DNA of 64,000 bases, from assembly GCF_009834535.1 (NCBI RefSeq), contig NC_045716.1, positions 25,730,001-25,794,000 on the forward strand, read 5' to 3'. The notes under the pieces were generated by a model. That model was given only the letters and a program-made list of their open reading frames with translations. It did no database searches and had not been told where the DNA came from. Positions 58,968-64,000 of this stretch are shown piece by piece (the first letter of the stretch is position 1; every line of letters begins with the position of its first letter). Origin of the DNA: Camelus ferus. Lineage: Eukaryota. The translations under genes were made by a program, and so were the position numbers.

Positions 58968-59600
58968 GTTCGGCTAGCAGGGACCCACGCATGTTCAGCA
59001 TGAGGATTGAGAAGCGTTATTTCTGTTCGGGGCCCATCTACCCAGGCCATGACGTGATGTTCATCTGCAATGACTGCAAGGTGTTCAGATCCTGTAAATC
59101 CAAATGTCACAAAAACTTCAAAAAGAAGCGTAATCCTGTCAAGGTCAGATGGACTAAAGCGTTCTGGAAAGTAGCTGGTGAAGAATTCACAGTGGATAAG
59201 TCATTTGAATTAGAAAAACATAGAAATGAACCTGTCAAATACCAGCGAGACCTATGGAGTAAAACTACTGATGCAGTGAAGAGAGTTGAAGAGATCAAAT
59301 GAAACGCCAAGCTAAATTTATAATGAACAAGTTGAAGAAAAATAAAGAACTACAGAAAGTTTAGGACATCAAAGAAGTCAAGCAAAACATCCGTCTTATC
59401 TGTGCCCCTCTTGCAGGCAAAGGAAAGCAGCTGGAAGACAAAATGGTACAGAAATTACAAGAGGATGTGGACATGGAAGATGTTTCTTAAAACTCTTACT
59501 ACCTGTAACCGTTAATTTCTGTAATCTCTTTTGGAGACTTAGAACTTCTAAATTACTGATTTGTTTTTTTTACATAAAGTCACTCAAATGAAAGGAAAAA
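58968..59600 (+). pseudogene. RSL24D1: Full-length processed pseudogene of RSL24D1 (ribosome biogenesis protein RLP24)
   Basis: Intronless CDS equivalent 59000-59490: [46 protein letters not shown]...VEEIK, then a 1-nt deletion giving TGA at 59300-59302; the shifted frame continues KRQAKFIMNKLKKNKELQKV*(TAG 59362-59364)DIKEVKQNI...DVDMEDVS*. Short 5'UTR and 3'UTR retained; degenerate TSD AAAGTAGAGAGAATAG (58952-58967) / AAAAGTAGAATAG (59603-59615). Confidence 0.93.
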
Positions 59601-60044
59601 CAAAAAGTAGAATAGTATGAGAAACTCACATGTACCCAGCTTCAATAATTATCAACTCATAGCCAGTATTACTTCATCCATCTCCACTCTCACTCAACAT
59701 CCTGTCTCCAGATTAGTTTGAAGCAATTGATTTAATTTTTGAGTCTTTAGAGTAAAGGGGTGGCACCCTTGGTGTAGCTGAAACTATAATACCTTCAGAA
59801 TGTTATTTTGGGGTTTTCAGATTTCTAAGGGAATGGTTTTCTCAGACCAGACCTTTGTTCTGAGATCAGACTACTGATGTATGTAAAAGACAATTATGCA
59901 TTTTTTATTTTGATAATTAGAGAATGATGAGCTTGTGATTCTAAAAAATTCTGTTTCCTGTAATGTTGATTAGAGGGGATAGTCTATGGCTGAGAGGTTT
60001 GTTTGTTCTAAAATAAGCTACTGTTATCAAGAGTAGTTCACAGA

Positions 60045-60143
60045 GGGGGAGGTGGGTATAGCTCAGTGGTAGAGTGCGTGCTTAGCATGCGCAAGGTCCT
60101 GGGTTCAATTCCCAGTACCTCAGTTTAAAAAAAAAAAAAAAAG
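60045..60143 (+). mobile_element. tRNA-Ala-derived SINE (vic-1-like), short form, with TSD
   Basis: 'gggggaggtgggtatagctcagtggtagagtgcgtgcttagcatgcgcaaggtcctgggttcaattcccagtacctc' plus A-tail; AGTAGTTCACA at 60032-60042 and 60147-60157. Confidence 0.88.
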
Positions 60144-60759
60144 AAAAGTAGTTCACAAAGCATGGAAGTTCATGGAAAAAGTTTTGGTTCTCTTCCCTTT
60201 AATCAAAATAGAAACATTCAATTGTGCTAGAATGGAAGGAGTACCTAGCAACAGGAAGAACTCCACAGTACTTCTATCATTTGGTTTATATCTCTAAAGT
60301 GTCCTGTTCCGTGAAGGAGCTGTGGTGACTGACAGCCTGGTTCCTGGAACCAAGCCTGGGACCGTGAAGAGGAGACTTGAACATTTCTCTATTCTAAATC
60401 AGTGTGCTTCTTACTTCAGGTCTTTTTTGTCTTCCCAGTTTGATATCTGCCTTTTAAAATTTATTTCTCTCCACCACAACTCTAAACATCATTTGAAGTT
60501 TAGTATCAATGTAGATGACCCTATCTTTAACCTTCACCCCTGCTCCACGTTAGCCAGCTACTCCCAAAGCTGTTATCTTGCTTGGACTTTGTGATCATTC
60601 AGAACAGTTCTGCCTCTGAAATCTCAGGCTTCACTATCCCAGGAGCAGCCACAACTTCTTTAGCTTCTAGCTCTTTTAGTTCTCTACTTTCACTCTACCC
60701 GTTCTCTGATTGTATTTGGTTCTGGGGCTTTGGCTCCTGGTTGTGAGGTGTGTGGCAAG

Positions 60760-61615
60760 TAATTTCATGTTTGTTTATTCAGTAAATATATAATTGAATA
60801 CCTATCTGTCCTAGGGATATTGTGGTAAACAAAACAGACTTGGATCCTGCCATTATGAAACTTAGAGCTTACTGACTGGTGACAGACATTAAAAAGGCAT
60901 TGAACAAACAGACAATTACAAATTGTGATAAGTGCTACAAAGGAACAAGAGGGAGCTGTAGAAGAAAATAATAAGAGGAAACCAGTTCAGACTGGGTGGT
61001 AAAAGTGGGACTTTCTGACATGACATTAGAATGGAGACCTAAAGGATTAGAAGTCTCTTGTCATGCAGAAACTTAGGGGAATAGTGTTTTAGTTGTAGGA
61101 GCAATATGTATGGAAGCTTGGAGGCAGGGATGAGCTTGATGAGTTAGAAGACTTGAAAGAAGGCCCTTGTGGCTGGAATTCACTAAGGGAGCAAGAGGGT
61201 AGCCTCATAGGAGTTGAACAGAGACCAGCTGAATCGGGGCCTTGTAAGTCATGTTGAAGAATTTGATTTTATTCTAAATGTTTTTGGAAATAGTTGAAAG
61301 GTTTTAACATGGGAAATGATTTGGTCCATTTTATGTTATAAAAAAGATTGTTCTGACTTCAGTATGCAGAACAGATAGGAAAAGGCTAGCGGAGAAGCAG
61401 GACAACACCTAAGAGGGAAGTTATTCAGTGTCTAGAGCCAGTGCTGGCTTGGGTTAAGATAGTTTGGCAGTGGGGCAAGGAGTAGGTTTGAGAAATGTGT
61501 TTGAGGTAGGAGTGCCAGAATTTGATGGTTGAATGTGGAAGATAACAGAGAGGGAGGTGTCAGGAATGACTTCTGGGTTTCCAGTATGAGCAAATCTGGT
61601 ATGCCATCTCTTGAT

Positions 61616-61673
<58 letters not shown>

Positions 61674-61790
61674 AAGTGCATCAGAGAGAATACATATGAG
61701 GTTAAATGAGACTGGAGTTCAGAAGAGTGGCCTGGGTTGGAGATACCCATTTGGGAGTTGTTCCATGTAAGGAATATTTAAAGCAATGAG
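60760..61790 (-). mobile_element. L2 LINE fragment, antisense (approximate bounds), carrying a GT microsatellite
   Basis: 'gtttattcagtaaatatataattgaatacctatctgtcctagggatattgtggtaaacaaaacagac..ccattatgaaacttagag', 'gataagtgctacaaagg', 'ggttgggagatacccatttgggagtt'. Confidence 0.7.
61618..61663 (+). repeat. (GT)23 microsatellite
   Basis: Uninterrupted GT run read directly from the sequence. Confidence 0.97.
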
Positions 61791-62560
61791 AATGAGCAAG
61801 AGAGGAAGAGAACAGAAAGAGGAGGGCCAGGCACTGTGATAGTGACAAATCATAACATTTTGTAATTCTTTTTCCTTTTTAATTTTAGACATTAGAATAC
61901 ATTTAAGGTTAGCCTTCTAAAGACAATCTCATTTGGTTTCAGATAAACTTTCTTAGTGGGAGAGAAAGGGACAGAGTTACTGCTACCTGGAAGGATGGGG
62001 GATGAGGAGTAGGAGGAGGGGCTTAGGGATTTATATGGTCTTCAGATTGTTTCATTTCTGGAGTAGTTCACAGTATGCCCATTATGGGTGTTTCTCATCC
62101 TTCATGTGTGCGGTGGAGAAAAAAAGTTGAGAGCTTCTAATCCACAGGGTAAAGTTCATGATAGTCTGAAGTTTTCCACGCTCTCGTTTTAGCCTTCCTA
62201 TCTCATCATACTGTATCCCTCCAACCTCCATACATGCTGTATTCTATTATTATGATCTTTAACCCATAATTTCCTTTTTTATTGAGCAAACAGAATAATA
62301 TTTTAAGTCTCTGTTTCAAAGCCTCCCCTGATTCCTTCAGACAAACTTTGGCATTTGTTTATATTCTCAGTATGCGTTGATTAAACGAATTATTTTATTC
62401 AATTTTACTGTTTCTTGCATTGATTGTCTCCTCATAAAACTAATCTCCTTGATAGAAGGGATTGGTCTTTTGTTCTTTATATCTCTTTTAAGAAAGCATT
62501 TGAATGTTAGAGCTACCATTCTGTCTTTGAGTAGGCAAATAGAACCTAGGTTACCTTCTG

Positions 62561-62723
62561 TTTCTTTCTTTCTTTCTTTTTTTTTTTTTTTTTTGCAGGG
62601 GAGAGGTAACTAGGTCTACTTACTTTTTTTTTTTTTTTTTTTAAATGGAGGTGCTGGGGATTGAACCCAGGACCTCCTGCATGCTAAGCATGCGCTCTAC
62701 CACTTGAGCTATATCCTCCCCCC
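62561..62723 (-). mobile_element. tRNA-Ala-derived SINE (vic-1-like), long form, with perfect 10-bp TSD
   Basis: Antisense 'ggaggtgctggggattgaacccaggacctcctgcatgctaagcatgcgctctaccacttgagctatatcctcccccc' plus two T-runs separated by 'gcaggggagaggtaactaggtctacttac'; TTACCTTCTG at 62551-62560 and 62725-62734. Confidence 0.9.
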
Positions 62724-63449
62724 ATTACCTTCTGATAACACAAACTTTCAGGTTTAGAAAATACAGAGAGCAAGAAAATAGTTGAAAATGTCTTTCCAAA
62801 TCTATTTCAATAGGTAAACTATACTTTTTAAAGCTATGATAAGGCAGTCTTTAAAGTATATTCTTTCTTATCAGCCCCAAAGCTTAATATTATTTATTTA
62901 AAAGAAAGATTCATAATGCTGAAGGAAATAGAAGCTGATCTAAAGGAATTGTTCTGGTTATTTGAATTAACATTTCTGTAGACCATCCAAGAATATTAAG
63001 TTTTATTTGGAACCATTGATAATCAAAATAGATTAGAAATATTGTAAAACTTTATTGTAAATTCCTACTCTACAGATTGATTTATTCTATGATTTATTTT
63101 CTCTTGTATGTACGTAATTTAAAAAAAATTAGTTTCTGTGCCCATCAATATTAGAATTTTACTGCTCTGATATATTTAGTAGAGCTTTTTCATTAGATTT
63201 GAAGAGAAAATTAGATAATGAATTCATTCCAGTTTTTTAAAAAATCCAAATTAAAAAAAAGAAATCTTTGACATTCTTCCTTCAGCTCTAATGGAAACCA
63301 CTTATGACGCCATTCTGCAGACATCTCATGGAATTCTTTATTTGCCAGAGCATAACAGAAAAAAACTATCCTGGGATTCAGCAAGTACATACAACATTTC
63401 ACAGCATCAGCTTGTGTACTGCAAATTGTCCTGAAACTACACACTTAGC

Positions 63450-63578
63450 NNNNNNNNNNNNNNNNNNNNNNNNNNNNNNNNNNNNNNNNNNNNNNNNNNN
63501 NNNNNNNNNNNNNNNNNNNNNNNNNNNNNNNNNNNNNNNNNNNNNNNNNNNNNNNNNNNNNNNNNNNNNNNNNNNNNN
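63450..63578. other. Assembly gap (129 N) in RNF115 intron 1
   Basis: Run of N. Confidence 1.
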
Positions 63579-64000
63579 AGGCATTCTGTTTTCAAAATTG
63601 TTTTCTCTCAACAATGACTAAATGAATAGAAAGGAATTTGTTTTATAACTTACACTCTCTGCTAAGAGAGACAGAAGAAAAGTGGCAAGAGCGAAGGGGA
63701 AGAAAAATGGGGAAATTTGGAAAGTGATATGATAGTGGGTGTGATGAGACCCACTGTGGCATTCCTAGGAAACCTCTGTATCCATGTCAGAGTAAATCTG
63801 GTAAGTTTTCATTTATTTTCTGAGACTTTGGGGTTCTCTTGGATTATTGGTTGGTTTTTAGCGACTGCTCAGTTGTGTGAAGGTAAATTGCTGTTATACC
63901 TCTTTGTTGAGCTGGGGAGCAACTTCTGACAAAGTATCTATGACAATAAACAGGTTATTCTAGCCATGGAAGCTGAGTTATTCTGCTTTGAGGAAGCCCT

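Noticed and set aside
60050-60122. Possible genuine tRNA-Ala(AGC) gene (likewise 34270-34345 and 62648-62722)
   Set aside because: Acceptor stem does not pair properly, and each has an A-tail and TSD, so these are SINEs.
1-64000. CRISPR arrays, rRNA, snoRNA or prokaryote-type systems
   Set aside because: The window is mammalian euchromatin; no repeat-spacer arrays, rRNA or convincing box C/D or H/ACA snoRNA were seen.

Overview
Mammalian genomic DNA from a draft assembly with five N gaps. It is syntenic with human 1q21.1: ANKRD35(+), PIAS3(+), NUDT17(-), POLR3C(-) and exon 1 plus part of intron 1 of RNF115(+). The SINEs are tRNA-Ala-like elements of the camelid vic-1 type, and I saw no Alu, B1/B2 or ruminant Bov-A/BovB, so the species is probably a camelid (inference). 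All exon boundaries were mapped by hand from GT/AG sites and reading-frame continuity. ANKRD35 (995 aa), NUDT17 (323 aa) and POLR3C (534 aa, one exon in a gap) look intact. PIAS3 has exactly one extra base in exon 2 (around 22481) that truncates the protein as assembled, and its SP-RING exon lies in a gap. Two processed pseudogenes are present: a 5'-truncated NOP56 fragment (17805-18029, not visible in the ORF track) and a full-length RSL24D1 copy (58968-59600) in RNF115 intron 1. I found no convincing new biological system. The best leads are the PIAS3 frameshift, exitron and uORF, the NUDT17 alternative C-terminus with tail-to-tail overlap against PIAS3, an unexplained direct-plus-inverted repeat mosaic in ANKRD35 intron 1, and a poly(A)-tailed LTR-like retrocopy. 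Orthologue comparisons rely on my recollection of the human and mouse proteins, not on a database search.
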